A stretch of 64,000 bases of DNA, filler included, from Sphacelaria rigidula (lineage: Eukaryota): assembly GCA_964200075.2 (NCBI GenBank). It is 6 parts of 6 records of this genome, joined end to end, with 100 filler letters (N's around TTAATTAATTAA, not from the genome) between each part and the next. Parts side by side here need not be neighbours in the genome. Positions count along the whole stretch, not along the records: positions 1 to 10,591 come from CAXNAA020006230.1; positions 10,692 to 21,282 come from CAXNAA020006231.1; 4 more parts are not named here. One strand, 5' to 3'. Positions 1 through 11,649 of this stretch are shown one piece after another. Position numbers and translations under genes: made by a program. The notes beneath the pieces were generated by a model. That model was not told where the DNA came from. It worked only from the letters and a program-made list of their open reading frames with translations, and searched no databases. Position 1 is the stretch's first letter; each line of letters begins with the position of its first letter.

Positions 1-2
1 TA

Positions 3-185
3 AAGATGGGGGAAATAGCCACAGGCACAGCATTCACCGAGTTTGGCATTCATTGGTTCAAAAATGGTGGTATCGCCGTGATTGGGGGCACTGCTGCCAT
101 TATATTTTTGTTGATCAACACATACATTCATGCGCATGTAAAGGTAAAGGACGCTGACGTTCGCAAGCAAGGGAGAAAATCGTGA
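3..185 (+). CDS. Possible 3' end of a membrane-anchored protein gene (partial)
   Basis: Frame open from the window start: KMGEIATGTAFTEFGIHWFKNGGIAVIGGTAAIIFLLINTYIHAHVKVKDADVRKQGRKS*. Hydrophobic stretch followed by a basic tail; no family recognised. Confidence 0.3.
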   Translation, partial: KMGEIATGTAFTEFGIHWFKNGGIAVIGGTAAIIFLLINTYIHAHVKVKDADVRKQGRKS

Positions 186-2222
186 GCGCCGGCAGTATTG
201 CAGCACCATAGGCGGCGAGTTGCGAGACAGATTCCAGCTGTGCATTTATTTTATTTTATTTCATTTTATTATTACTTAGTTCCTTAATATTTATTTTTTC
301 TATGTCGCACTTTAAATAACACCCCCTCCCCCTTCTCGAGGCGAGTCCGTGGTCTCAAGGGATCAACCCGTCTCTCCCCGGTGCATCATCTCACTTGAAA
401 CATGATAACCGAACCCCAGTGTCCATCTGCGGGCACGCAAAAGATTCAAGATTCCACGTTCAAGTCTGCAGCATGAAATCACTTTTGCAAATACGTCCCG
501 TTACTGGCCTCGAGAATATGGTGATCCACGTCCCACCTCGAGCGGCTTTGAAGCATGCGCAGCACGTGTTTTGCCTCACTCCTCCTGCATTCCTACCGAG
601 CCCTCTTTTCATCAGTCTCGAGAGGACGCGGCCTGCAAGACACGCCCTACGTATTACGCTGCTGGCCCCACGTGTGGGATCTCCGCAAGACTCAAAGCTG
701 GTCGTTCCGGGCGAAGTCATATGAAGTGCGATGTTGGAATGCGATCTTATTTGTTCATGCCGATAAGGTATGGTCATAGACAGTTGAAGTGTTCTATCCA
801 CCCTGACTCGTCGAGTTCGAGTTCGACTTTGGCCTCCTCACGTGGGCCCTGACGAATAAGACATGCCTCAGAGTCCTTCAGAAAAGGGTTCCTGAGACGA
901 TGTTTGTTGCCTGAAATCACTCTCATCGTCCCAAGGTACACCGAAGCAGACACAATATAACGCCTTTAGACGAGAACTCAATGAGACAGAAAGCTATGGT
1001 ACACAGTTACCTCACAGGCTATATGGGAGGCGATTTTCATCTGCGGAACCTCTCTTCCAAGGCGACTGCGCAGACTGCAAACTGTACACTGCAGAGTAGA
1101 ACACCACAACACACGATAGATACCCCTGATACGGAGAGCTGAAGGGCACCACGCCTGTGCAAGGGGGTAGTTCAACTCTCGCAGCACCTCCACCACAAGC
1201 TGGTTTGGTTGCTTTGCCCATCGCCCTGCCGGCGCGGCGCAACATGCGGCTGTGGTAGCAGCGGCGCACTCGTGTATTTTGCTCTTGTTACTGCGCTGCT
1301 GCGGGCATGTACCACGCTTGCGTATGGCCGTTGAGGCGGAGCCGTGCCGCCGCGCCGTCTACTACCGTTATTTATCATACACAACAAGCAAAAAGGAGAG
1401 CATGTTGCCTTGGTCCGAAAGAGCCATGTCAGGCGTGAAATAAGGCATCCGAGGCATGAAAGAAGCGTGCAAGGCAATCTGCCTTAGAGTTAGTTGTCTC
1501 ACTAAGGAGACACGAAATATTTTCAGTCTACATCTACACACGTACTGTCTTATTTTGGACTCCTCAGGGAGGGGGGTTCGAGTACTAGACCACCGCCCCC
1601 CTCCCAACACGCCACACAAACTCATACACAGACCAATTTCCGACTAGATCCCTTACAAAATTGGGCGGCGTTGAAGGGGAGGAGGGGGTGCACTCATGAT
1701 AATGCATGCCATAGTCATAAAGGGGGAGGGGGGGGTACTCCCCTGACCATGGTAATGGCAGTCGGGAGGGGTGGATAGGATACGATCCACTTACCTCCTC
1801 TTATACACAGATGTAGAAAATAAAGGAATAATAATACCCAACATAAAAACACAATATTCGGAAACGAAAAAGCAAGGCTTTCTTCGACATGCCTTTTGAG
1901 GTTGGTAACGTTCACCACGATGGTATCCCAGCAACACGGTAATGCACGGTGCATTTAGGATGGATCACCCTGGTACTCACCGATACAGGGACCAGCCACC
2001 TTGAAAATGCATGTTAATTTCTGCATTTAGGATGGATCACCCTGGTACTTTTTGGTCAAGGAACCAGCCACCACACGGTAATAATAGTGTCTTCGTTTTT
2101 CCTGTGTGGTTCTTCAGCGTGTGGCAACCCACGGTCATAACATATGCCTCCCAGACATATGAACAACACGAGATTGCACGTGCTATCATCAAGATGGACT
2201 TCTTACCAACCTCAAGTTATTT

Positions 2223-2456
2223 CTGTTGGTTACGGCCCCGACAGTGGAGGTTTAGAACTGGTTTCATCTGCCTCAGCGAGTAAAACGCAAGCCTAGCCTA
2301 TACTGAACACAGGCAGACTGAAGCAAGCTGCGGCACAACACGACCGTCAGCAGGCGTGGCTGTACGTTATTGGACCATCCCCACCAGTGGCGGAAGGACT
2401 CGCCGAGGCAGACGAAATCACTTGACAACCTCCACTGTCGGGGCCGTCGCCAACAG
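2223..2456. mobile_element. MITE-like element with ~58-bp imperfect TIRs
   Basis: ctgttggttacggccccgacagtggaggt...gcgagt is the reverse complement of actcgc...acctccactgtcggggccgtcgccaacag. No clear TSD. Confidence 0.7.
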
Positions 2457-2929
2457 CCACATCTTCACTCATGACTGCTTGCCTCCGACCGTGTGTGTTT
2501 TATGATAGTGTGCTACTGCTTTATGCTCTCGAGCTTCAGCGCTTCAGCGCGTGTATCTACGGGCTAAAAACCCGTAAATTCTTCTTGGATTCCTTGACAA
2601 TAAAGCTTAAAAAACAAAAATAGTACCTCATTCAATAGGATACAAGAAGGCAAAAAAAACAGCAAGGGAGACAAGAAAGAAGAAATCTGAAGCGGGACGA
2701 CGGCGATTGTAACCCCGATTCATTCACCACATGTTGTAAACGGCCACGAGCTGGGCCGGCCGAGGCTTCGTCGCGACGGTTCCATAGGCCACGCGCGGCT
2801 CACGTTTTCGAATTTCGAGGTTATATTTTGTCACCAGAGGAACAATACTTCGGCCTGTCGTGTCATCGCTACGTCCTTACTTCGTTTTACGCTAAGGTCG
2901 CTCCCCATAGCAAACAAAAATCAAGCTCT

Positions 2930-3280
2930 GTAAAAACGCCTTTTTGGTCCTTCTTCATCGTTTTACGCCCTAAATGAGAGCTAGGCCGAGGTTCACACCT
3001 TGGAATGACGTGCTCTACTACTCGTTGAGGCACTTCTCGGACGTCCTCGCCTCGTGCGGTGGTCGCAGTTTTTATTTTGGCCACACTTGAACTTTCGTCC
3101 GAGATCGGTCAAGAATGGTCAAATCTAGAACAAAAACTGCCATTTTTGTCTGGACTTGACCGTCTCTGGACAAAAAATCGTATTTGGCCAAAATAAAGAC
3201 TGCGGCCATTAGAAAACGCGAAGATTTCCTGGAACCGCCTAAACGAGTGCAGCAAATCATTGCAACGTGTCAAACTCCTC
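2930..3280. mobile_element. Partial copy of the foldback MITE family also at 31463-31931
   Basis: Shares tttttggtccttcttc...ttttacgccctaaa...gagagctaggc...ggaatgac with the copy starting near 31505. Confidence 0.65.
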
Positions 3281-4200
3281 CGCGTAGCGACCACCCACCG
3301 AAAAGCGTGGAATACGGTCATTTTGGGGCCGACTGATCTATTTTGGGCCGTTCAGCCGCATGGTTCAAGCACCGGCTGAGAAAAACAAACGAACATGTTC
3401 TTGACTCGATTATATATTCCCATCAAGGTAGACTATAAACCGCGATGAGATTATTTCGCGTTTTTAATCCAAGAATTATTTCGTGTGTTGTTTCTGTAGA
3501 CACGGGAATACGGGGTTCTCATTAGCTATGCGCGTACATTTGCGAGGAGTATACCGGGGTACCACCACAATACCACAGCTACAGCTAAAGCTTTATGCTT
3601 CGGAGCACAGCCGTGTGGGCATACACTCGCAATCGGTGTGTGGGATTTGTAGACAGCCGAGGCTGTTGAAGAATTCGATCCCCGTGCCCAATTGATATAT
3701 GAATATGGGGGCAAGAGGATGAGTTTTCAACAATTTCTGCCGCCTCTCGAGTCTCATCTGCTGATACGGTGCAGTATGTGGGATATGAACAGCAGAAGCT
3801 TCTCGCAAATAAGTTTTTTTTCTGCCCAATGTCGGGTGTTAGCGGGCAAAATGGGGATTTATTTCGAACAGCCTGTGAACAACTTCGATCTGCGAGTGTG
3901 CATGGTATTTGTACAGCCTCTGCTGTTCGTATTCCAAATTTGGAACCGGGCATACTCTAAAGGGTTTATTCCGAACAGCAGAGGTTGTCCAAATTTCAGA
4001 TTTCCGTAGCACTTGTGCCTTCAAAAACAACCCAGGGGATTTTCAAATTGACACAGACCTTCGAGGGCCCCAACATATAAAATCCTCTAGAGGATTACAA
4101 ATACCCAAGATCCTTCAGCAGGAATTTCAAAACAGACGGAACCGAGGATGAAGTTTGGGAAATCCTCTACAAGGTAGCCGAATGGCTGCGTGTGTGTCGT

Positions 4201-4838
4201 TCGGGGTTTCACTTAGACTTTAGTATGGACGCTATCTCCGTATAGGAATTACTACACATGGGATTTAATCAACAAGAAAAAATTGGCCCAGACTTCTGAG
4301 CACATGGGCACCTTCCCCATGATCAGACGATTGATACGATATGCAAATCACGGCCCAACTCGTCTGTGTCGATGACATATTGCTTTGAGAGCTCAAACCC
4401 GCGTCTAGGCGGGCCCAGCTTGTAGCGGTTCTCCATACGAATTTCTATAGCACAACTCTCAAAACCTGAGACGCGACATTCAGATTTAGGGCATGTATAG
4501 TGCCCCTGCTCGGAAGATTTTGATTTGATTATCGAATCCCATGTATGCCATATCTCGTGATAGAGGACGAAAGAGGTGAAGGTGAGGGTATTGATCGTCT
4601 CCCCGTGCTCAACGGAATGTTCACACCCCAAATCGTCGTCACCCGTTGAATGTATCGATCGGGAGTTTCATATAGATTTTAGTGTGGAAGCTATCTCCGT
4701 TAGGTATAGGAATTACTAGACATGTAATCAACGAGAAAATCTCGGCCCAGACTTTCGAGCAGATGGGCACCTTCCTCTTGATTGGACGAATAATACGATA
4801 TGCGGATCACGGCCCAACTCGTCTGTGTCAATGAAATA
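4201..4838. repeat. Pair of ~180-bp diverged direct repeats (4201-4379, 4659-4838)
   Basis: Both copies carry gctatctccgt...ataggaattacta...ggcccagactt...atgggcaccttcc...atacgatatgc...atcacggcccaactcgtctgtgtc. Confidence 0.85.
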
Positions 4839-4857
4839 AGCTTATAGGTTGATTTGA

Positions 4858-5130
4858 TCTATTCTGGCCGCCGCCAGTCTACAGACTACGCCTTTGGTAT
4901 ATACTACGTAGGCGCATCAGCTGGGGTCACGTAGGAGGAAGGCCTACACAGGAGTTTTTCTTGCTTTCTGTTCGTTCTATTACTCCACCTTTTGCCTTTT
5001 GTAGTGCTACACTTTTTCTTCATCGCGAAAGGGGTTCAAGCGTCCAATTCCCTCGTCGACCGTGAAGTCGGACTTTATGTACCCACGACATGGTCGCTTT
5101 ACACTGTTCGGCATGGTGTGAGAACAACGA
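4858..5130 (-). mobile_element. tRNA-derived SINE, 5'-truncated copy
   Basis: Reverse complement matches the body and 3' part of the element at 60827-61195. Confidence 0.7.
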
Positions 5131-5219
5131 GGCGACCCAAAGTTTTGGGCGTAGATCTATGGTTGATTTTTTCGAACAAACTCACAATAACGCTAACTCT
5201 AACCCTAACCGCGACCCAA

Positions 5220-5524
5220 CACACGCAGCCATTTGGCTACCTCCAAATTTCCTCCAGGATATCAACGCCTCCGGAGGGTGCGCGGCCTTCAAGAGGAGAT
5301 TTTTTGGTTTCCTCCAGAGGGATGAAACGCCTCCGGAGGCTTATTTTTGCCTCCGGAGGGCCGCGCATACCCCCAAATTCCTCCAGAGGGGTGCGCAGCC
5401 CTCCGGGTCGGTAGCGTTTGGTTTCCTCTAGAGGGATTGGAGGCCTCTGGAGGCTTGTTTTCCCCCTGGAGGGCCGCGCATCCCTCTGCAGGCATTTTGG
5501 GGTGTAGCCAAATGGTCGCGTGTA
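5220..5524 (+). mobile_element. MITE with CAC...GTG-type TIRs and 2-bp TSD (CACTA/CMC-like), copy A
   Basis: TIRs cacacgcagccatttggctac / gtagccaaatggtcgcgtgta, flanked by aa on both sides. Internal ctccggagggccgcgca subrepeats. Confidence 0.75.
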
Positions 5525-6199
5525 AAGGCATACGAGACCCTCGGGCAAAGCGGGCGCACAGGATTCCCTACGCAAAGTGTGTTTAGGCAGGCCTCAAATT
5601 GACGCCAAGCAATGCAACGGTACACATTAGAAACAAGAAATATGGTGCTCTGGAGGACCGTGCATCCTCCAAATTCCTCCCGAGGAATGCGCGGCCCTCC
5701 AGAGGCAAAACGAGCCTTTCCAGGCGTTCGATCTCATCCCTCTGGAGGGCCTCGCACCGTCTCGAGGCGTTGAATTCCTCTGGAGGCTCGACAAGTTGAC
5801 CGGTAGCAACACTGTTTTCGTGAGGTTTTGAGAGTAGACCGCTGATTGAGAGTAGCTTCGGTAATTCGCTTTAACCTAGCCAATTTTTCATCCCGTGTGT
5901 GCTTTTCTTTGCCTTCATCACTAGCGTGTGCTCACAGCTACACGTCGATATCCTACTCAGGGGTATCTAGGGCTCCAGTATAGCAAGCGACTACAGAAAG
6001 CATATCCGGCCTCGTGGAGGGGCATTTCAGAACTGAAACGACTGATTCACTAATTGATCGCTTTTCACTCTCAATCGTATCCTCTACTCTCCATCTCACG
6101 AAAACCTTGTTTAGACGAATGGCCGCGTGTGTGGGCATTTAGATATGAAAAACTATTTCCGGAAAATCCCTGCCCGGTTTGACCGTGCATTCAGGCCGC

Positions 6200-6945
6200 C
6201 TCCTAGGTCGGATCTTATGGCAAACAGATTTTTGGCCCACGGGTTGTTCACGTTTGGGACGTTTGACCCACTTTTTGACCCTCAAACAGGGAAAATCGCC
6301 ATCACACGTCTCGCACACTTTGCATCCCCCCACAGAGAGGAGCCTAGTCTGCTTTTCATGTTCGCTTGGCTCCGGGGTTTCGAGATTGGCCGCTGGATTA
6401 TTATTCGTGTGCAATAATCTGTGCTTGCAGACCCCCGCCAGTTTGCCCAGTAATATGTGGAGATCGCCGTAGATTTTATTGCACACGGATTATTCTTCAG
6501 CGGCCGCTCTCGAAACCTCGGAGCCAAGCGAATCTGAAAAGTGAGCTGCACACGCGGCCATTCGGCTACACCCCAAAATGCTTCCAGAGGGATGCGCGGC
6601 CCTCAAGGGGGAAAACAAGCCTCCGGAGGAATCTGGGGGTATGCGCGGCCCTCCGGAGGCAAGAATAAGCCTCCGGGGACGTTCAATCTCTCTTGAGGAA
6701 ACCAAAAAAAACTCCTCCGGAGGCGTTTCATTCCTCTGGAAGCTCGAAAAGTGTATCAACCTGGAGGAAGTTTGGAGGTAGTCAAATGGCCGCGTGTGTG
6801 GGCTCCTCTATGTGAGGTGATGTAAAGTGTCCAAGACGTGTGTTGGCGATCTTCCCTGTTTGGGGGTCAAGGAGTGGCTCAAACGTCCCAAAAGTGGACA
6901 ATCCGTGGGCCAGAAATCCATGTGCCATAAAACCCAGCCTCAAGG
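6200..6945. mobile_element. Foldback (long palindromic) element interrupted by MITE copy B
   Basis: 6200-6344 is inverted relative to 6801-6945, and about 6348-6420 is inverted relative to about 6470-6545. Confidence 0.8.
6549..6798 (-). mobile_element. MITE copy B (inverted copy of 5220-5524)
   Basis: TIRs cacacgcggccattcggctac / gtagtcaaatggccgcgtgtg, flanked by tg on both sides. Sits inside the right arm of the foldback element. Confidence 0.8.
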
Positions 6946-7511
6946 ACTGAAAAAAACACTATAAAATATTCTGGCGGACGACGTTTCTCAGTGACTTTCT
7001 TCAGAAAAGTCAATTTTCCTAGTCCCAGCACTCATGTAGTCGTATGAAAAAATCTAGGAGTTTGTACACCCCTAGCCATCATCTAGCCTGCGTGCAAATG
7101 GTGGTAGTGGTCATCATTTGCATTTTGTGCTTGTGCCACCCGCGGTGAATAGCATACAGAATCAGTATGCGTGCGGTATATCTCCGCAGGATACAACGGT
7201 AAGAAACAGTCAGCGTGCCCTCGCTCTCCACCGAAGGTAATACTTACTGCATGCTGCTGACGCCTCTGCTCACTCTTCAACAACAACAACACAGACGATG
7301 TGAAGCTATGTTGGCAGCACACGAGGCGTCAGACAGGCGGCACAGACCTCGAGCAGAGTACAAGACAAATTATTTGTACCCATGTCAATTATGGTTGAGC
7401 TGCCATGGCCAAAATGAGATATGCCCGTAGACAGCAGAGTAGTCCACCTGTAGGGGAACTACGTGCTCATTCTGACGGCCGTGATCAGGACCCTTCTTGA
7501 CCGTTTTATTG

Positions 7512-7700
7512 CGAGGGCTGGTCACCGGCTGAATCGGCATCAATTCGACTCGGAAAAAGTGTGCATGATCCAGATGGACTACCCTCGCGGTCTAAGGGTT
7601 AACTCTTTGACCGCTAAGGTAGGCCATCAGTAGATTCGGCATCAATTTCACTCGAAAAAAGTATGTGTGATCCGGATGGACTACCCGCATCGCGCCGCAT
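7512..7700 (+). repeat. Tandem units of a dispersed repeat (atcggcatcaattt...aaaaagtgtgcatgatccagatggactacc...aagggttaac)
   Basis: The same unit recurs at 9945-10290 (direct then inverted copies, foldback) and at 30825-30935. Confidence 0.7.
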
Positions 7701-7829
7701 CGCCGTCATATATAAGGGTTGACGAAGAGGATCATCACCTTTTTCAAAATTCCCTTTTCGAGAAACGACCGCTGATTGATCACTGCGATATCACCCTCCA
7801 GAAAAAATCCTCTCAACGTGCACAGAAAC

Positions 7830-9587
7830 TAGAGCCTGGCATAAATATAGCCCTAGCCTATATATACTCCCTATACCACATGATATTTCATATACCTTAG
7901 TCATGTTTTTTCGGAGGGTATATGATATAATTTTTTTTCCATGACTTTATATCATATACTGTATATGGAGCTTTTTCAGAAAAATGTGACTAGAAGGGTA
8001 TATGATATCATGTGATATATGATATATAGGACTATATCAGATGATATATAGGCCTATATCAGGTGATATATAGGCCTGTATCAGATTATATATAGGCCTA
8101 TATCAGGTGATACTGAACAGCTTGTTGCCTATATCAGGTGATCTACACTATATATATGACTACATTACGTGATGCATGTAAGAATTCGGCTTAAATGGGT
8201 GCAATGTGCTATACAGTGCGCGATAACAATTTGGACCGCCTACTGTACACAAAAGGGGACGCACACGTCTGTCATACATTTATTTCTAGGGTGAAGTTTT
8301 GACGCGATGAGCGACGCCCAGGCACCTTCATCCCCGCCTACAGGCGAGTTTCACCAGCAGTCGCCTTCGACTACGCTCACCCCCAACACCGCCCCCAGGC
8401 CGTCTTCGACCACTGCCAACACCACCGCCGGCAAGGACCCTCCAGCAAACCGGAGTCGTCCAGATCCCATCAATCTCACCGGCGATGACCCCTTTTTTCG
8501 GCATCTTCGGAGCGCCTTTTCTCGGTGGCAGGGAACACTATTACCGTGAAACGCGCGAGTCTTTCAGACGATAACGCAGAAAACATAATTTTCCTGCACT
8601 CTAATCAGCATCTGTGGTAATTGCAGTCCTCCACGGCAGTGTTATTGCAAAATAATTAGCGCAGTAGCGGTAGAGACTATCGGATGAGGATCGGCACGTG
8701 CTTCTCGTAACGAGTGGGGGGCGGGAGGTAGCTAGCGGGTGGCGTGGAATTTATTTTCTCGGGGTTTCGGAGTGGTGCAGCTCCGTGCCAGCCAGGAGAA
8801 TCGAGCTTCCAGTGCTTTTTCCCTTGCACCTGAACTTTCGGTGTTTTGATTTGCTGCAGTTTTGCCTTCTTTGGTATGATTTTTCGGTCGAAGGAGCATT
8901 GAAGTCGGCCGAAGGAGCACTGTGTGATAATAGCCGCCTGCCGCCTGAACTGTGATATACCCTGAAGGTCGGAGGTCGGAGGGATGACGTGTGGGGCGCC
9001 AGCAATAATAAAAAGGAACATGAATATTCTCATGATACATGTCATTGTCGTTATTGATCGCAATGCTACTGCTGTCTTCACGTCTGCACTTCACCACATA
9101 TGTAAATATAACCTCGGAGCAGGTGCGTTTGGAGGAGTCACCAATACAATTGCCAAACTGGGCACAGTTCCCAATCAACGGCAGGTACTAATGTGACACG
9201 GCGACAGGTACATAGATGCGAGAGTATCACTGGAAAACGCGACATATATTATATATGCAGGGACTATATATTATGTAATACACCACATTATTATGTTCCA
9301 AGTAGGTTTAATAGCAGGTTATTTCATCATCATGAAGGTCAGATGCCAGGTGATACACGTCACACAGGTCAGAAATCACGTGATATTTAGTATATATAGT
9401 ATATAGGGTATATATAGTATATACACTATACCCTAAATATATCAGATTCATAGCGATATATGGGAAAATGGGGGGTATATGAACATGACTACAAATATAT
9501 CAACTTTTCTGACATTTCACCTTTTTCGGGAGGGGTATAGATAGATACACACTATATCTCGAAAAGTTGATATGATACCAGGCTCCA
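7830..9587 (+). mobile_element. Internally deleted hAT DNA transposon (Ds-like)
   Basis: Imperfect TIRs tagagcctggcataaatat / gatatgataccaggctcca and a perfect 8-bp TSD acagaaac (7822-7829, 9588-9595). Subterminal tatatcaggtgatatataggcc repeats at about 8030-8150. Contains a hAT dimerisation-domain remnant. An uninterrupted copy of the host repeat lies at 32073-32260. Confidence 0.93.
8307..8620 (+). pseudogene. hAT transposase remnant: N-terminus joined out of frame to the C-terminal dimerisation domain
   Basis: The ATG at 8307 opens a P/S/T-rich N-terminus. 8498-8620 reads SASSERLFSVAGNTITVKRASLSDDNAENIIFLHSNQHLW*, the SERxFS...KRxxL...IFL signature of the hAT dimerisation domain. Confidence 0.88.
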
Positions 9588-9944
9588 ACAGAAACCCTCC
9601 TCTCAAAAGGAGTATTTCTGTGCACCTCGAAGAGGAACATACATGTCCCGTTGACAGGGGCACATGAAAAGGCCTACCACAAAACCCAACACAGTCACAG
9701 CTGACCCCGAGGAACTTGGTGGCCCCGCAGACCAAAAACAAACTGCTTGAGTCGTAGCTGCTCATCAGCTGTGCACGTTGTGCGTGACCTCGCTCGAATC
9801 TGTTTTGAAGTGATCGAGGAATAATGTAAGTGTGAGACGCGCGCACAGAACACGCGCACAAAATGATCAGCAACTGCACGTTTTCGGTTGTTCTTGACAC
9901 GCATGCGGCCGCCATTAATCCAATACAGAACATCTCCTACTCTA

Positions 9945-10290
9945 CGCGGTCGAAAGGTTGACCCTTGGACAGCGAGAGCAGGTTATCTGTCGAATCGGCA
10001 TAAATTTCAATCGAAAAAAGTGGGCATAGTCCAGATGGACTACGTTCGCGTTCCAAGGGTTAACGCGTTGACCTCGAGGGTAGGTCATCTGCTAAATCGG
10101 CATTAATATTAACTTGAGAAAAATATGCGTAATCTAGATGGACTACCCGCATCGCGGTGTAAGGGTTAAGCCCTAGACCGCGAGGGCAGTCCATCTGGAC
10201 CATGCATGCTTTCCTCGAGTGAAAATTGATGCTGATTCAGCAGGTAACTAACCCTCGCGGTCACAGGGTTATTCCCTAGACCGGAGTGCG
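9945..10290. mobile_element. Foldback MITE built from the repeat unit seen at 7512
   Basis: Two forward units (atcggcat...ccagatggactac...aagggtta) followed by inverted units (gtccatctggaccatgc..., gcgggtagtcca). Confidence 0.65.
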
Positions 10291-10591
10291 GGTAGTCCAA
10301 CGGGATCATCATGTGTGTGTGTTATTGTTGTTGTTGTTGTTGTTGTCGGCGCTGCTTCTTCACTGCTTATTTCTTTCATTCCTTTTCGTGGCTGTTGCTT
10401 CTTTTGTCTGTTTCTTCCTTCTTTCTTTTTGTTGTGCTTTTCTTGCTGCTCCTGTGACCATGGGCTGGATTTTTGTAATCAGCCATTAATAATAGGGCAA
10501 TGACCTAGAAAAGGTATACCTTCTCGTTTTTCGCCTGAGAAAGGTACGAAAAATGGCCAGAGACGCGAAAACAGCCAATCACGCCATTCTG

Positions 10592-10691
10592 NNNNNNNNN
10601 NNNNNNNNNNNNNNNNNNNNNNNNNNNNNNNNNNNTTAATTAATTAANNNNNNNNNNNNNNNNNNNNNNNNNNNNNNNNNNNNNNNNNNNN
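10592..10691. other. Artificial contig linker (N44-TTAATTAATTAA-N44)
   Basis: An identical 100-nt spacer with stops in all six frames recurs at 21283-21382, 31973-32072, 42661-42760 and 53349-53448. The complete contigs are 10591, 10590, 10588 and 10588 nt, i.e. size-sorted. Confidence 0.97.
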
Positions 10692-10760
10692 TGATGCGCC
10701 CACATATCCCGAAAGGGGTAGACTGGCGTCCAGAATAAATGGGACAACACAACACACACG
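10692..10760 (+). mobile_element. 3' end of the tRNA-derived SINE
   Basis: tgatgcgcccacatatcccgaaaggggtagactggcgtccagaataaatgggacaacacaacac matches the 3' end at about 61130-61195. Confidence 0.7.
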
Positions 10761-11084
10761 ATGCAAATATTTTAATTTTCCGGGTTATCATCATCAATGA
10801 AAAGCTCCATCATCAATTTCGATGATTGACTGTTGAACCTAAAAAAACTGTTGTTGGGATGCACACATGAAAAAAGTAATGGGGAAAAAAAGAGCATTTG
10901 GTGGAGAGCATCTAGACGCGCTAGGGAACAACGTATTCCGAGCACGTCCAGATGAGGGAGAAAGAGGACCAGGGGCACCCTGACGAGCCCGTGCCTAATG
11001 CACCCGTCGATGATAGCGCCAACTATCAATCAACGATGGATGGCTGCTTCGTAGCTACATCGTGAGACACCCATGAAGCAGTGT

Positions 11085-11585
11085 GTAACCTGTCGCTGTC
11101 TCTCGAAGTCGTGATACCAGATGAAGCAACTCATTGTAGGCCGTCGTCCGAGTGCGAGATGATCGTACGAGTACCGTTATTGTGCGAGTCATCGTATACC
11201 CCCTAGACCGAATTTCAAAGCTAGATTACTCCACAACAAGAAGAGCGTCAGTTCTGAAAAGGGTGACGCTGGAAAGATGTCATCGATAGCTGTCCGGAAA
11301 CGCGTCGTTTGGTATTGGTACCCTCTTCGTCATGTAGTAATCGAGCTTTGAAATTCGGTCCAGGGGGTGTGTGATGACTCGCGCAATTACGGTACTCTTC
11401 GGGCGGAACAATCTCAGCAGGATGCAGCTCACCCTTCGTGTGAGTCGCCAAACACGCCGCGGCGCTTCGTGCTTGGTGATTGAGTGCGAGCCTGATCCGA
11501 CGAAAACCCGGCGTGCTCCGTCCCGGCTTTGTAGGGGGTGCAAGGTCAACGTTCGTATGACTGCGGCATGCAAGATCATGAGGTT
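11085..11585 (+). mobile_element. C-tailed retroposon family S copy, interrupted by a MITE
   Basis: Body (gcaggatgcagctcaccc...cggcgcttcgtgcttggtgattg...cccggcttt) is shared with 36095-36390 and 53180-53348. 3' motif atgactgcggcatgcaagatcatgag. Confidence 0.75.
11174..11392. mobile_element. Tc1/mariner-type MITE with ~70-bp TIRs and TA TSD
   Basis: ta|ccgttattgtgcgagtcatc...gaccgaatttcaaagct versus agctttgaaattcggtcc...gatgactcgcgcaattacgg|ta. Absent from the other family S copies. Confidence 0.82.
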
Positions 11586-11649
11586 CAGTTGAAGAAGGCA
11601 GTGATGGATCAGTTTCCGTATCAACCCCACCTCCGCCACTCATCCTTAG

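Noticed and set aside
780-1250. Minus-strand exon chain (LRSRLGREVPQMKIASHIACE with AG/GT ends)
   Set aside because: Splicing to the next acceptor hits a stop after 10 codons; no recognisable domain
5190-5212. True telomere or chromosome end
   Set aside because: Only 2-3 degenerate CCCTAA units, internal to a contig and associated with dispersed repeats
5260-5790. CRISPR-like array from recurring ctccggagggccgcgca units
   Set aside because: Units are irregular, occur in both orientations, lack unique spacers and lie within or beside MITE copies; eukaryotic context with no cas genes
10636-10647. Regularly spaced TTAATTAATTAA palindromes as a biological repeat
   Set aside because: Always centred in N44 pads; a synthetic six-frame-stop linker
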